In this document: piece by piece, positions 1 through 9,585 of the stretch
How positions within the stretch are numbered: the first letter of the stretch is position 1
How the letters are laid out: each line of letters opens with the position of its first letter
DNA from: Desulfuromonadaceae bacterium UBA5613
GTDB taxonomy: Bacteria > Desulfobacterota > Desulfuromonadia > Desulfuromonadales > UBA2197
DNA: 54,111 nucleotides
Reading direction: 5' to 3'
Assembly: GCA_002424625.1 (NCBI GenBank)
Contig: DIKR01000071.1
Coordinates: 97,392 to 151,502 of the forward strand
The notes under the pieces: generated by a model
Databases searched by the model: none
The model's input: the letters and a program-made list of their open reading frames with translations, nothing else
What the model was told of the DNA's origin: nothing
Position numbers and translations under genes: made by a program

Positions 1-261
1 GGCGGTGAGTTGGTCACCCATCACCTTTATACCTTCAAGGAACTCGAAGCCCTGCAGAAGGGGGGCGTGCAGCGCATCTATACCGGCAACATCAAATCCG
101 GCGAACATGACCTGCAGATCCTCCTGACCGGTAAAACCGCCAGCGGCGCTGATCTGCGCCGCAGCGAAAGCTTCAAGTTCAGCAAGGATGTGGGCCCGAA
201 AATGGTTGAAATCCATCTGGCCGGTCCCGGTGCGCAAAACATCACCCTGAAAGATTGGTAG
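1..261 (+). CDS. C-terminal fragment of a hypothetical protein (5' end lies outside the window)
   Basis: Frame 1 is open from nt 1 to the TAG at 259-261. The listed ORF 10..261 is only an internal Met. No family motif recognised. It sits directly upstream of the TPR/ExbBD locus. Confidence 0.4.
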   Translation, partial: GGELVTHHLYTFKELEALQKGGVQRIYTGNIKSGEHDLQILLTGKTASGADLRRSESFKFSKDVGPKMVEIHLAGPGAQNITLKDW

Positions 262-336
262 GGGGGCGATGCTTGTCATCGCCCTGGGCGAACACAAGGT
301 TCTCCCCTACGTGAGCTGCTTATCAGCGAGATCACT

Positions 337-2226
337 ATGAACAGACTAATCATTCTATTGGCTTCCCTGTTGTTCGTAACGCCTGTCCTGGCGGCCAGCA
401 CAGCTGCGCCTGAAGACCTGAAGGACCTCTATTTCGGTGAGGCTTTGTACTACGCTTATCAAGAGGACTGGTTCGAGGCGATTGCCCGGCTCGACAGTGA
501 GCTTTGGCAGTACCGCGGCCTTGATGAGCCCGAACTCGACTCCCTTTACTCCCATGTTGGGCAGGCCGAGTTTTCCGTGGGGGATTTCGAGCTGGCTTAT
601 CGGATGCATTATCGGGCCGGTCGGGCAATTACCGCGGTTATTGAGGGGAATGTCGAGGACGCAGTCCGTAACGAGGCCATTTTCCGTCTGGCCCGGATCT
701 ACTTCCAGAAAGATCAGCCGGAAAATGCCCAACTGGCTGTGCATCGGATCCGCGGCGTTGTTCCGGTCAAGATCCGCGACGATCTGGCTTTTTTGCGCGC
801 ACATATCGCTCTGGCCAACGGGCGCAATGCCGAAGCGGTCCGTATTCTCAAGGAGCTGCAGAGTGAGAAGAGCCTGGAAGGGTTCAGTTCCTACAATCTC
901 GGGATTGCCCTGTTGCGCAACGCTAACGAGCAGGATGGTCGCAAGGCTCTCGACCGTACGGGCCAGCTTGTCAGCGCTCTTCCGGCCACCCTGGCAATCA
1001 AGGACAAATCGAACCTGGTATTGGGCTACAAATTGCTGGAGGAGCAGAAGCACGAAGGCGCCAAGCTGGTCCTTGACCGGGTGCGTTTAAACGGTCCGTT
1101 CTCTAATCGGGCGCTGCTCGGATCGGGTTGGGCCGACGCATCTGCCGGGAACTTCGAGAGAGCGCTGGTTCCCTGGAGCATTCTTGCGGAACGCGAGGTC
1201 ACTGATCCGGCCGTGCAGGAAGCCCTGCTCGCCTTGCCGTTTGCCTATGGAAAATTGAATGTGCATGGCCGTGCCGCTCTGCTCTATGGCAGTGCTCTAG
1301 CGGCTTTTGGTGGTGAAATCGACAAGCTCAGCGCTTCGATCAAGAGCATCCGTGAAGGGAACTTTTTGCGGGCGCTGGTGCGGGAGGAACTGAAGCAGGA
1401 TGCCAACTGGGTGGTCAAGCTGCGCGAGCTGCCGGAGACCCCCGAGACCTACTACCTCCTGGACTTGATGGCCTCGCACGATTTTCAGGAATCCTTCAAG
1501 AATTACTTTGATCTGGAGGAGCTCCTGAAAAAATTGTCGGCCTGGCAAGGCGCACTCGATGCTTACGAAGATCTCATTCAGTATCGCCGCGCTTATTATC
1601 AACCCCTGCTTCCCGAGATCGACCGGGAGTTCAGACGACTGGACTCGCAGATGCGTCTGCGTCTGGAACAGCGGGAACGGATCGAACAACGCTTGCAGAG
1701 CATGCTGGTGGCGCCGCGCCCTGACTATCTGGCTACCGCCGGGGAGCGGATCTGTAGCGAAGAGTTGACGTCTCTGGAACAAAAGCTGAATGCCGGTGGC
1801 AGCAAAGTGGCGCCCGAGGTTAACGACCGGATCAAACGGTTGCGGGGAGTGCTGGCCTGGAATATTGCAACGGAATATGACCAGCGTTTTACCGATGCTC
1901 ATCTGCACCTGCGCGCATTGAACCAGGAGGTGGATCTGCTCAACCAGCAATACACCGCTTTTGTCCGTACCCGCCAAGCGGCCACTCAGAGCTATGAAGG
2001 TTATGACGAAACGATCCGTCAGCAGCGGCAGCTGATTCAGGCGGCCCGGGAAGAGACGCAGATGCTGATGGCGCGGCAAGGGAGCATGCTTGAGATCATG
2101 GCGGTGAATGAACTGAGCAAACGGCGTGATCGTCTGGATGAATACCAGGTCAAGGCGCGCTTCGCTCTGGCTGATAGTTACGATCGGGCCAGCAAGACCC
2201 AACTCCAGAAGGGTGTCGAGCAATGA
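337..2226 (+). CDS. Secreted TPR-like / coiled-coil protein
   Basis: 629-aa ORF with an N-terminal signal peptide (LLASLLFVTPVLAAS). The N-terminal half has TPR-like helical repeats and the C-terminal half is Q/R/E-rich coiled coil. Its stop overlaps the next start (ATGA at 2223-2226). Confidence 0.75.
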   Translation: MNRLIILLASLLFVTPVLAASTAAPEDLKDLYFGEALYYAYQEDWFEAIARLDSELWQYRGLDEPELDSLYSHVGQAEFSVGDFELAYRMHYRAGRAITAVIEGNVEDAVRNEAIFRLARIYFQKDQPENAQLAVHRIRGVVPVKIRDDLAFLRAHIALANGRNAEAVRILKELQSEKSLEGFSSYNLGIALLRNANEQDGRKALDRTGQLVSALPATLAIKDKSNLVLGYKLLEEQKHEGAKLVLDRVRLNGPFSNRALLGSGWADASAGNFERALVPWSILAEREVTDPAVQEALLALPFAYGKLNVHGRAALLYGSALAAFGGEIDKLSASIKSIREGNFLRALVREELKQDANWVVKLRELPETPETYYLLDLMASHDFQESFKNYFDLEELLKKLSAWQGALDAYEDLIQYRRAYYQPLLPEIDREFRRLDSQMRLRLEQRERIEQRLQSMLVAPRPDYLATAGERICSEELTSLEQKLNAGGSKVAPEVNDRIKRLRGVLAWNIATEYDQRFTDAHLHLRALNQEVDLLNQQYTAFVRTRQAATQSYEGYDETIRQQRQLIQAAREETQMLMARQGSMLEIMAVNELSKRRDRLDEYQVKARFALADSYDRASKTQLQKGVEQ

Positions 2227-5200
2227 GGGCAACGAATTGGCTTCGCTTGAGCGCGTTGGCGCTACCGCTGCTCCTGAGTGCTTGTCAGTCGGGCGGTGGC
2301 AAGGATACGATTGCCAAGTTGCGTCACCTGCAGGTTGAAATCAAGGAAGAGAAGATCGAAGGCGGCCTCGATAAAGCCATGGAGGGTTACCGGCGCTTCC
2401 TGGAAGAAACGCCGGATTCGGAGCTGACGGCCGAAGCGATTCGTCGCCTGGCAGACCTGAAGGTCGAAAGAGAATACGGTCTGCTGGCCGGCAATACCGT
2501 CGCTGCGCGACAGGCCACCGCCAGCGCGTTGCCACCGCCGCAACGGGCGACGGTCGACTCCCCGGCAGCGGTCCCGGCAGCGGAACCGCTGCCAGGTGAA
2601 TCAGCGGCCGACTTTGAGCAAAGAGTGGCCGCAAGTCCGCCGTCCGACCCGGTCGCGGCAGCGAACGGACTTGCCGAAAGTGGGGATGACCTGGAACGGG
2701 CCGGGACTCTGGAAGCCATTGCCCTCTACAAGAAATTGCTGAACGATCATCCCGCCTACGAACGCAATGACCAGGTGTTGTATCAGATGTCCCGTGCTTA
2801 TGAAGAGCTGGGACAGGTCGAAGCGGCCATGGAGGTCATGGACCGGTTGGTGCGGTCTTATCCCCAGTCCCGTTATATCGATGAAGTGCAGTTCCGCCGT
2901 GCCGAATATTTCTTCACCCGCCGGCATTATCTGGAGGCCGAGGCGGCCTACAGCAGCATCATCAGCATCGGTGACACCTCCTCCTATTATCAGCTGGCGC
3001 TCTACAAACTCGGCTGGACCTTTTACAAGCAGGATCTTTATGACGAGGCGCTGCACCGTTTCATTGCCCTGCTCGATTACAAGGTCTCGGTCGGCTACGA
3101 CTTTGCCCAGACCGTGGATGTGCCGGAACGCCAGCGTATTGATGACACCTTCCGGATCGTCAGTCTGAGTTTTTCCAACCTCGGCGGTGCCAACTCGGTG
3201 GTCGAATACTTTCGCAGCTACGGCGCGCGCAGTTATGAGGACGGCGTCTACAGCAACCTCGGGGAATTTTACTATGGTAAGCGCCGCTATGCGGACGCCG
3301 CCGCTACCTACAACGCCTTTGTCAGCCGCAATCCCTTCCACAAGGTGTCACCGCAATTCCACATGCGGGTGATCGAAATCCATCTTGCCGGCGCCTTCCC
3401 CAGCCTGGTCATTGACGCGAAAAAGCAATTTGCCAACAACTATGGACTCAAGGCGGAATACTGGCAGCACTTCGCGCCTGATGCCCGTCCGGAAGTTCTG
3501 GTCTGGCTCAAAACGAACCTGACGGATCTCGCCAATCATTATCACGCGCTTTACCAAAGCCCGCAGCAGCGCAAGGAGAAAGAGAGCAATTTCGCCGAAG
3601 CCATGCATTGGTACCGGGAATTCCTCACCTCCTTTCCGAGCGACCCCGAGTCGCCGGCGGTTAACTATATGTTAGCGGATCTCTTACTGGAAAATCGCTC
3701 CTTTGCGCTGGCGGCGGTGGAATACGAGAAGACCGCCTATGTCTACCCACGCCACGAGCAGTCAGCCGCGGCCGGTTATGCAGCCATTTATGCTTATCGC
3801 GAAGATCTCGGTGGCGCGGTTCCTGCGCGCAAAGAACAGGTGAAACGCGAGGTTGTCCGCAGTTCTCTGCAGTTTGCCGATACTTATCCTGAGCATGAAA
3901 AGGCGGCGCTGGTTCTGGGCGCGGCAGCGGATGATCTCTATGATCTCCGCGATTATGAACCGGCGGCCGCCGCTGCCCGCAAGCTGATCGCGACCTTCCC
4001 CGGCGCCGAGGTCGAGATCGTACGCGCCGCCTGGCTGGTGGTCGGTCACTCCTCTTACGAGCTGCTGCGCTACAGCGAAGCGGAAGCCGCTTATGTCAAT
4101 GTCCTGGCACTCCTCCCGGCCGGGGACGAAAGTCGCGCCGCCCTGAGCGATAATCTTGCCGCAGCTATTTACAAGCAGGGGGAAGCAGCCAATGGCTTGG
4201 CGGATTATCGCGCTGCCGCCGAGCACTTTCTGCGGGTGGGGCAGATCGCTCCGACTTCCAGGATTCGGGTGACCGCGGAGTACGACGCCGCCGCCGCCCT
4301 GATCCAGCTCAAGGACTGGAAGCAGGCAGCGGTGGTGCTGCTTTCCTTCCGCAATCTCTTCCCCGGCGATGCGCTGCAGCCGGAGGTGACCAAGAAGATC
4401 GCCTATGTTTATCGGCAGGACGGTCAACTCGCCTTGGCTGCGGATGAATATGAACGCATCGAAAGAGAGTCCACTAATGATGATGTTCGGCGGGAGGCTC
4501 TGCTGCTCGCTGCTGAATTGCATACGGAAGTCGGAAACAAACCCCGCACCCTGCTGGTCTATCGCCGCTATGTCGATGCCTTCCCGAAACCGCTGGAACT
4601 TAACCTTGAAACCCGCAACAAGATTGCCCTGCTTCTCAAGGAGCAGGGCGATCAGCAAAATTATCTGCGAGAACTGCAAGAGATCGTCAGGCTTGATTTG
4701 GCAGCGGGCCAGGCGCGAACTGTCCGGACCCGCTATCTTGCCGCCACCGCAGCCCTGGTGTTGACGGAACCGAAATTTACCAGTTTCGCGGCAGTTCAGC
4801 TGGTCAAGCCCTTCGATGTCAATTTGCGCAAGAAGCGCGATCTGATGAAGACGGCCACCCAGGAATTCAACAAGCTTCTCGACTATGAAGTCGGGGAAGT
4901 GACGGCAGCGGCGACTTTTTATCTCGCCGAGATCTATGCCCACTTCTGCAAAGCATTGCTGGCATCTGAACGCCCCGAGGGGCTGACTCCGGTAGAGCTC
5001 GAGCAGTACGAGTTGGCCATCGAAGAGCAGGCCTATCCCTTTGAGGATAAGGCGATCGAAGTTCATGAGCAGAATCTCAAATTGCTGACCGTCGGGATCT
5101 ACAACAACTGGATTGACAAGAGTCTGGAGAAACTCGCTCTCTTCGTTCCGGCGCGCTACTCCCGGCCGGAAGAACCGAGCACCATCCTTTCGTCCCTCAG

Positions 5201-5342
5201 CGGCTTCACCTACGAAATCGAGCGGCCGGTCCCGGCGCCGCCTGAGATCGAAGTGCCAGTTCCCGAGACGACTGCGACAGAGCCGACCGCAACAGAAACG
5301 GTGGAGGCAGCTGCTGTGCCATTGGCGCCGGCGGTGAAGTAA
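2223..5342 (+). CDS. Large TPR-repeat lipoprotein
   Basis: 1039-aa ORF with a lipobox (LLLSAC). Many TPR-like repeats (AxxxYxxxG/YxxAxxxF patterns), a Pro/Ala-rich linker after the lipobox and a Pro/Glu/Thr-rich tail. Confidence 0.8.
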   Translation: MRATNWLRLSALALPLLLSACQSGGGKDTIAKLRHLQVEIKEEKIEGGLDKAMEGYRRFLEETPDSELTAEAIRRLADLKVEREYGLLAGNTVAARQATASALPPPQRATVDSPAAVPAAEPLPGESAADFEQRVAASPPSDPVAAANGLAESGDDLERAGTLEAIALYKKLLNDHPAYERNDQVLYQMSRAYEELGQVEAAMEVMDRLVRSYPQSRYIDEVQFRRAEYFFTRRHYLEAEAAYSSIISIGDTSSYYQLALYKLGWTFYKQDLYDEALHRFIALLDYKVSVGYDFAQTVDVPERQRIDDTFRIVSLSFSNLGGANSVVEYFRSYGARSYEDGVYSNLGEFYYGKRRYADAAATYNAFVSRNPFHKVSPQFHMRVIEIHLAGAFPSLVIDAKKQFANNYGLKAEYWQHFAPDARPEVLVWLKTNLTDLANHYHALYQSPQQRKEKESNFAEAMHWYREFLTSFPSDPESPAVNYMLADLLLENRSFALAAVEYEKTAYVYPRHEQSAAAGYAAIYAYREDLGGAVPARKEQVKREVVRSSLQFADTYPEHEKAALVLGAAADDLYDLRDYEPAAAAARKLIATFPGAEVEIVRAAWLVVGHSSYELLRYSEAEAAYVNVLALLPAGDESRAALSDNLAAAIYKQGEAANGLADYRAAAEHFLRVGQIAPTSRIRVTAEYDAAAALIQLKDWKQAAVVLLSFRNLFPGDALQPEVTKKIAYVYRQDGQLALAADEYERIERESTNDDVRREALLLAAELHTEVGNKPRTLLVYRRYVDAFPKPLELNLETRNKIALLLKEQGDQQNYLRELQEIVRLDLAAGQARTVRTRYLAATAALVLTEPKFTSFAAVQLVKPFDVNLRKKRDLMKTATQEFNKLLDYEVGEVTAAATFYLAEIYAHFCKALLASERPEGLTPVELEQYELAIEEQAYPFEDKAIEVHEQNLKLLTVGIYNNWIDKSLEKLALFVPARYSRPEEPSTILSSLSGFTYEIERPVPAPPEIEVPVPETTATEPTATETVEAAAVPLAPAVK

Positions 5343-5348
5343 ACAAAA

Positions 5349-6059
5349 ATGGAAAGCGGTGCCGTAATGCAAACGACTGACAAAGAACAGTTTTCGCGAT
5401 CAAAAGCGCGCCGTCGTGCCGGCTTCGTTGTCCTGATCCTGGCGTTGGCCACCCTGGCGGGGTGTAGCAGCGGGGTCAAGGTGCCGCCCGTTGCCGTCCT
5501 TCCCAAACCTGTCGTGCCAGCGGTCTCCTCGGTAACGCGCCTCGGCGAAGGCAGAGAAGGGTTTGTCATCCAGGAGATTCCCGGTTTCGATGCGGCGGCA
5601 GTCAAAGATTTTGAACGGGCGGTGGTCATGATGCAGTCCGGTGATTATGAGGCTGCGAGTCGCCTGCTGGAAAAAGTAATAAAGCAAGACCCCGGCGTGA
5701 CCGCCCCTTATATCAATCTGGCGATTGCTCGCATGCATGGCAACAAGCCCGAGCAGGCTGAAGAAGCTCTGCAAGCCGCCCTGAAGTTGATTCCCGCCCA
5801 CCCGGTGGCGAGCCATGAATATGGCTTGCTGCTGCGCAAGGCCGGCCGCTTTGCCGAAGCCAGAAAGATCTATGAAGCGAGTCTGCAAGCTTTTCCCGCC
5901 TATAGCCCGGCCCATAAAAATCTCGGGATTCTTTGCGATCTTTATCTGCAAGATCCGGGCTGTGCCCTCGAACATTACGAAAGCTACAGCGCCGCCGTGC
6001 CGATGGATGAGCAAGTCAAAATATGGATAGCCGATCTGCGCGTGCGGCTAAAACGTTAA
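5349..6059 (+). CDS. TPR-repeat lipoprotein
   Basis: 236-aa ORF with a lipobox (LATLAGCSS). TPR motifs are present (GDYEAASRLLEKVIKQDP, HEYGLLLRKAGRFAEARKIYEASLQAFP). Confidence 0.75.
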   Translation: MESGAVMQTTDKEQFSRSKARRRAGFVVLILALATLAGCSSGVKVPPVAVLPKPVVPAVSSVTRLGEGREGFVIQEIPGFDAAAVKDFERAVVMMQSGDYEAASRLLEKVIKQDPGVTAPYINLAIARMHGNKPEQAEEALQAALKLIPAHPVASHEYGLLLRKAGRFAEARKIYEASLQAFPAYSPAHKNLGILCDLYLQDPGCALEHYESYSAAVPMDEQVKIWIADLRVRLKR

Positions 6060-6068
6060 GGAGCGGAT

Positions 6069-6392
6069 ATGTATCGAACTTTAGTTTTCATCCTGTGCCT
6101 CGCGCTCCTGCCGGCTTTCGTGGTCAAGGCGGAGGAGGCGGTTGCGGTCGAGGGGAGTGCTGCGGTCGAGGAAAGTGCGGAGGCCAAGATGATTTCCGGT
6201 ATGTCGATCGTCGGCAACGATGAAGCCCCGAAAGCGCTGTACATCGTCCCTTGGAAAAGCTCTGAAATCGGGGTGGAGACAAGTCTGGCGATGATGTTAA
6301 CTGAAAGTGCCATGCCCGTGGATCGTGAGGTGTTTATGCGCCAATTGGAGTTTTTCGAAGTCAGTATGGAGAGCGCAAGGAGGGATCACTGA
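6069..6392 (+). CDS. Small secreted protein of unknown function
   Basis: 107-aa ORF with a signal peptide (LVFILCLALLPAFVVKAEE). It starts 10 nt after the previous stop. No family recognised. Confidence 0.55.
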   Translation: MYRTLVFILCLALLPAFVVKAEEAVAVEGSAAVEESAEAKMISGMSIVGNDEAPKALYIVPWKSSEIGVETSLAMMLTESAMPVDREVFMRQLEFFEVSMESARRDH

Positions 6393-6456
6393 TGACATTG
6401 GCCTAGGGTGTCTCGGGAGTTTGCTTTTTGATTAACCGCATCATGGAGGAGTACGT

Positions 6457-7107
6457 ATGGATTCTATTTATTCGTTGGTTGGATTTTTTCAGAGTGGAGG
6501 TGTGTTCATGTACCCCATTCTCCTCGTCTTTGCCGTGGGCGTGGCCATCGCGTTCGAACGCTGGGTTCAGTTGAGCCGCACCAGAAACAAGAACCAGAAA
6601 TTATGGGAGTCGCTGCAGCCGGTGCTGGCCGGCGGAGAGTTCGACAATGCCCGGGAAATGGTCAATAAAGACGACTCCGCCCTCGGGCAAATGCTGAGTA
6701 TGGGACTGGCATACCAGGGAGCCGTGCGCCGCCGGGAAGACATCGAAATCGCCATGGAGGAGAGCATGATGGAGATCATTCCGCAGTTGGAAAAGCGGAC
6801 TCCCTATGTCGCACTCTTCTCGAATATTGCCACTCTGCTCGGACTGCTCGGCACCATCATGGGGCTGATCGCGGCTTTTACCGCCGTCGCCAACGCCAAT
6901 CCCGCCGAGAAAGCCGACCTGTTGTCAGCCAGTATTTCCGTGGCGATGAATACCACCGCCTTCGGCCTGATTGCTGCGATTCCACTGCTGATTATCCATG
7001 CCATGTTGACGACAACTACGGCCCGGATCGTTGATAGCCTGGAGATGGTCGCGGTTAAAGCGCTGAACATTATCTCCCATTCCGCCAAGCGAGTTGACCA
7101 TGGCTAA
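6457..7107 (+). CDS. MotA/TolQ/ExbB proton-channel family protein (paralog 1)
   Basis: 216 aa with three TM segments and the conserved TolQ/ExbB C-terminal core (LGLLGTIMGLIAAF...AMNTTAFGLIAAIP). A GGAGGAG RBS lies upstream. Confidence 0.9.
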   Translation: MDSIYSLVGFFQSGGVFMYPILLVFAVGVAIAFERWVQLSRTRNKNQKLWESLQPVLAGGEFDNAREMVNKDDSALGQMLSMGLAYQGAVRRREDIEIAMEESMMEIIPQLEKRTPYVALFSNIATLLGLLGTIMGLIAAFTAVANANPAEKADLLSASISVAMNTTAFGLIAAIPLLIIHAMLTTTTARIVDSLEMVAVKALNIISHSAKRVDHG

Positions 7108-7579
7108 GCGCCAGAGAAAACCCCACATTCCCCCTGAGCTGGATGTCACTACCTTTTTGAATCTGATGGTGGTGCTGATCCCCTTTCTCCTGATAAGCGC
7201 AGTCTTTTCGCGCGTAACCATCATGGAATTGAGTGTGCCGACCGGAGCGGGCGGAACGCCCGACAAGCCGAATTTTACCATCGAAGTGATCATCCGTGAT
7301 TTAGGTTTGGAGATCGCCGATGGTTCAAATGTCATGGCGGCGATTCCGAAAATAGGCGACCAACACGACATGAAGAAGCTGTCCGAACTTCTCGTCCGCC
7401 TTAAAAGCCAATATCCGGAGAAGGAGGATGCGACAGTTTTGATGGAACCGAAGATCGAATACGACTATCTGATTCAGATCATGGACGCAGTCCGTAGCAC
7501 CGATATAGCAACCCCCGGGAGTGTTGCTACGCAGAGAGTAGAACTCTTCCCCAATATATCCATTGGAGATGCGCCATGA
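7100..7579 (+). CDS. ExbD/TolR family biopolymer transport protein
   Basis: N-terminal motif ELDVTTFLNLMVVLIPFLL is the typical ExbD TM segment with a conserved acidic residue. ATG at 7100 is preferred over TTG at 7094. It overlaps the exbB-like stop by 8 nt. Confidence 0.85.
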   Translation: MAKRQRKPHIPPELDVTTFLNLMVVLIPFLLISAVFSRVTIMELSVPTGAGGTPDKPNFTIEVIIRDLGLEIADGSNVMAAIPKIGDQHDMKKLSELLVRLKSQYPEKEDATVLMEPKIEYDYLIQIMDAVRSTDIATPGSVATQRVELFPNISIGDAP

Positions 7580-8073
7580 TAAATAGCCGACGCATAAAAC
7601 GGATGGGGCGCAACAGGAAAAAAATGCCGGGGTTGAATCTGACCTCGCTGATGGATGTCTTTACCATCCTGGTCTTTTTCCTCCTCTTCAACACCGGCGC
7701 CAGTGAAGTTGTGGAGGCGCCCAAACAGATCAAGCTCCCCGACTCGGTGGTCGAGGCCAAGCCGCGGGCGAATACCGTGGTGATCATGATCAGTCATGAC
7801 ATTGTGCTTGTGCAGGGGGAGGCGGTGATCAGCACCGCCGAGCTGCTGAGCGCCAAGAGTGATTTGATCGCACCGATCACCGCACGGCTGAAGTCCCTCG
7901 AGCGCAGCATTATCGGGAGCAGCACTCAAGAGGTCGCGGAAAGCCGGGAAGTCACCATTCTTGCGGATAAAACGATTCCCTTCAGTGTGTTAAAAAAAGT
8001 CATGTCCACCTGCACGGATTCCGGATACGGGAAGATCTCTCTCGCCGTTATCCAGAAAGCGGCGAAGGTTTGA
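7576..8073 (+). CDS. ExbD/TolR family biopolymer transport protein (second copy)
   Basis: LNLTSLMDVFTILVFFLL ExbD-type TM segment. ATGA overlap with the preceding gene. Confidence 0.85.
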   Translation: MINSRRIKRMGRNRKKMPGLNLTSLMDVFTILVFFLLFNTGASEVVEAPKQIKLPDSVVEAKPRANTVVIMISHDIVLVQGEAVISTAELLSAKSDLIAPITARLKSLERSIIGSSTQEVAESREVTILADKTIPFSVLKKVMSTCTDSGYGKISLAVIQKAAKV

Positions 8074-8074
8074 T

Positions 8075-9511
8075 ATGAGTGCCGCAAAGACATCTTTGGC
8101 AGATGAATTGGCTCCACTCCAGGCCCAGATCAAGCAGGAAGAGGAAAATCTCCGGCGGCTGGAAGGTGATCTGCGCACCATCGTGGAAGAAATTGAACTG
8201 TTTTCAGCCGATAAACGCCGCTTCGACGCCCTGCGTGACGTCTGTACCGCCCTTGATACGCTGGGTGAATTGGGCGCCGGGCCGCTCTTCTGGGATGAAC
8301 TGCTCGAAGGACCTTATGTCGCCGGACATCTGCACCGGCTTCGCGAGCATATTGCCGGGTTTGAAGAAGAGATTCGCGGTACCCAGGAAAAGCATGCCGC
8401 TCTCAAAGTGCAGATCAACAAACGACACCACGAACTGAACTTCCTGCACGAAGAGGTACAACAGGCGTATGCCCGTGAGGAACGCCGGAATGAAGAGTTC
8501 CTCGTCGAACGGGAAGTTTCTCCCCTCCCTTTCCGCGAAATGGTTATGCCTTGGAACAACAAGGATGAAGGGGAAAAACGTTACCATCTGGCCTTGCTGG
8601 TCGCTGTCCTGCTCTCGATCGGTTTTGGCTCGCTGATTCCCCTGTGGCGACTGCCGGTCCCGGACCGTTCGGCCGTGGTTGAGATTCCGGAACGTCTGGC
8701 CATGCTGGTGAAAAAGGAGCAGGCCAAACCGGCGCCGATACCGAAGGGCCCAAAAGAAGAAAAGAAGCCCGACAAAGAGCAGGAAAAAGTGCAGGAGCAA
8801 AAGACGAATGACCAGCCCAAACCAGCCAAAACGCCCGTTGAAACGGCGAGTGCGAGTAAAAAAGCGGAGAGTACAGGGATTCTGGCCTTCAAGGAGACCT
8901 TTAGCGACCTGATGGACGTCACTCCCGTGCCGCGGCTCGGCGTTCAGTCCCATCTGATCAACCAGTCCGGGGCGGCAGGTCAAGCCAGTCGTTCGCTGGT
9001 GGCCATGCAGTCAGCGGGCGGTTCCGGTGGTATTGGCAATGCCGCAGTCAGTCGCAATATCGGTAGTGGTACTGGTACTGGCAGTGGAACTGGCGGCGGT
9101 AGTGGCAGCGGTAGCGGCACGGGCAATCGTCTTGGCGGTGTGGGGGTTGCACGAGTCGAAAGTACCGTAGCGGGGCTGACGGAAGAGGCGCGGCCCTTGA
9201 GCACGGGGACCGGTCCGGCCCGAACCGATGAAGAGATTCAGATCGTCTTCGATAAATACAAAGCCACGCTGTATCGGATCTATAACGCCGAATTGCGCAA
9301 GAACCCGACCCTGCGCGGCAAGATGATCCTGCGCCTCACCATCGAACCGGGGGGCGAAGTCTCCGCCTGTACGGTGCCGTCGACCGATCTCGCTTCACCG
9401 GAACTGGTCGCCCAGATTGTCGATCGCGTCAAAAAGTTTAATTTCGGACCGAAGGAGAAGGTCCCCACCACCACCATCTTGTACCCGATTGATTTCCTCC
9501 CCGCCGGCTAG
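8075..9511 (+). CDS. Atypical TonB-like energy transducer with an AgmX/PglI-type C-terminal domain
   Basis: 478 aa. About 170 aa of cytoplasmic coiled coil, one TM segment (HLALLVAVLLSIGFGSLIPLW), a K/P/E-rich linker and a GS/GT low-complexity tract. The C-terminal TonB-like fold pattern is YNAELRKNPTLRGKMILRLTIEPGGEVSACTV...FNFGP. It starts 1 nt after the exbD stop. Confidence 0.75.
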   Translation: MSAAKTSLADELAPLQAQIKQEEENLRRLEGDLRTIVEEIELFSADKRRFDALRDVCTALDTLGELGAGPLFWDELLEGPYVAGHLHRLREHIAGFEEEIRGTQEKHAALKVQINKRHHELNFLHEEVQQAYAREERRNEEFLVEREVSPLPFREMVMPWNNKDEGEKRYHLALLVAVLLSIGFGSLIPLWRLPVPDRSAVVEIPERLAMLVKKEQAKPAPIPKGPKEEKKPDKEQEKVQEQKTNDQPKPAKTPVETASASKKAESTGILAFKETFSDLMDVTPVPRLGVQSHLINQSGAAGQASRSLVAMQSAGGSGGIGNAAVSRNIGSGTGTGSGTGGGSGSGSGTGNRLGGVGVARVESTVAGLTEEARPLSTGTGPARTDEEIQIVFDKYKATLYRIYNAELRKNPTLRGKMILRLTIEPGGEVSACTVPSTDLASPELVAQIVDRVKKFNFGPKEKVPTTTILYPIDFLPAG

Positions 9512-9585
9512 GGCCTGACCGGGGCAACAAGTACAACAAGATCAAGAAGTTAACGAGCCAACCACAATATTCAGGAGGTAAGACA

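Noticed and set aside
9040-9130. Repetitive GGY/AGY/ACY tract, considered as a tandem repeat or CRISPR-like array.
   Set aside because: It is in frame inside the TonB-like CDS and encodes a GS/GT linker. There is no repeat-spacer periodicity. No CRISPR array was seen anywhere in the window.
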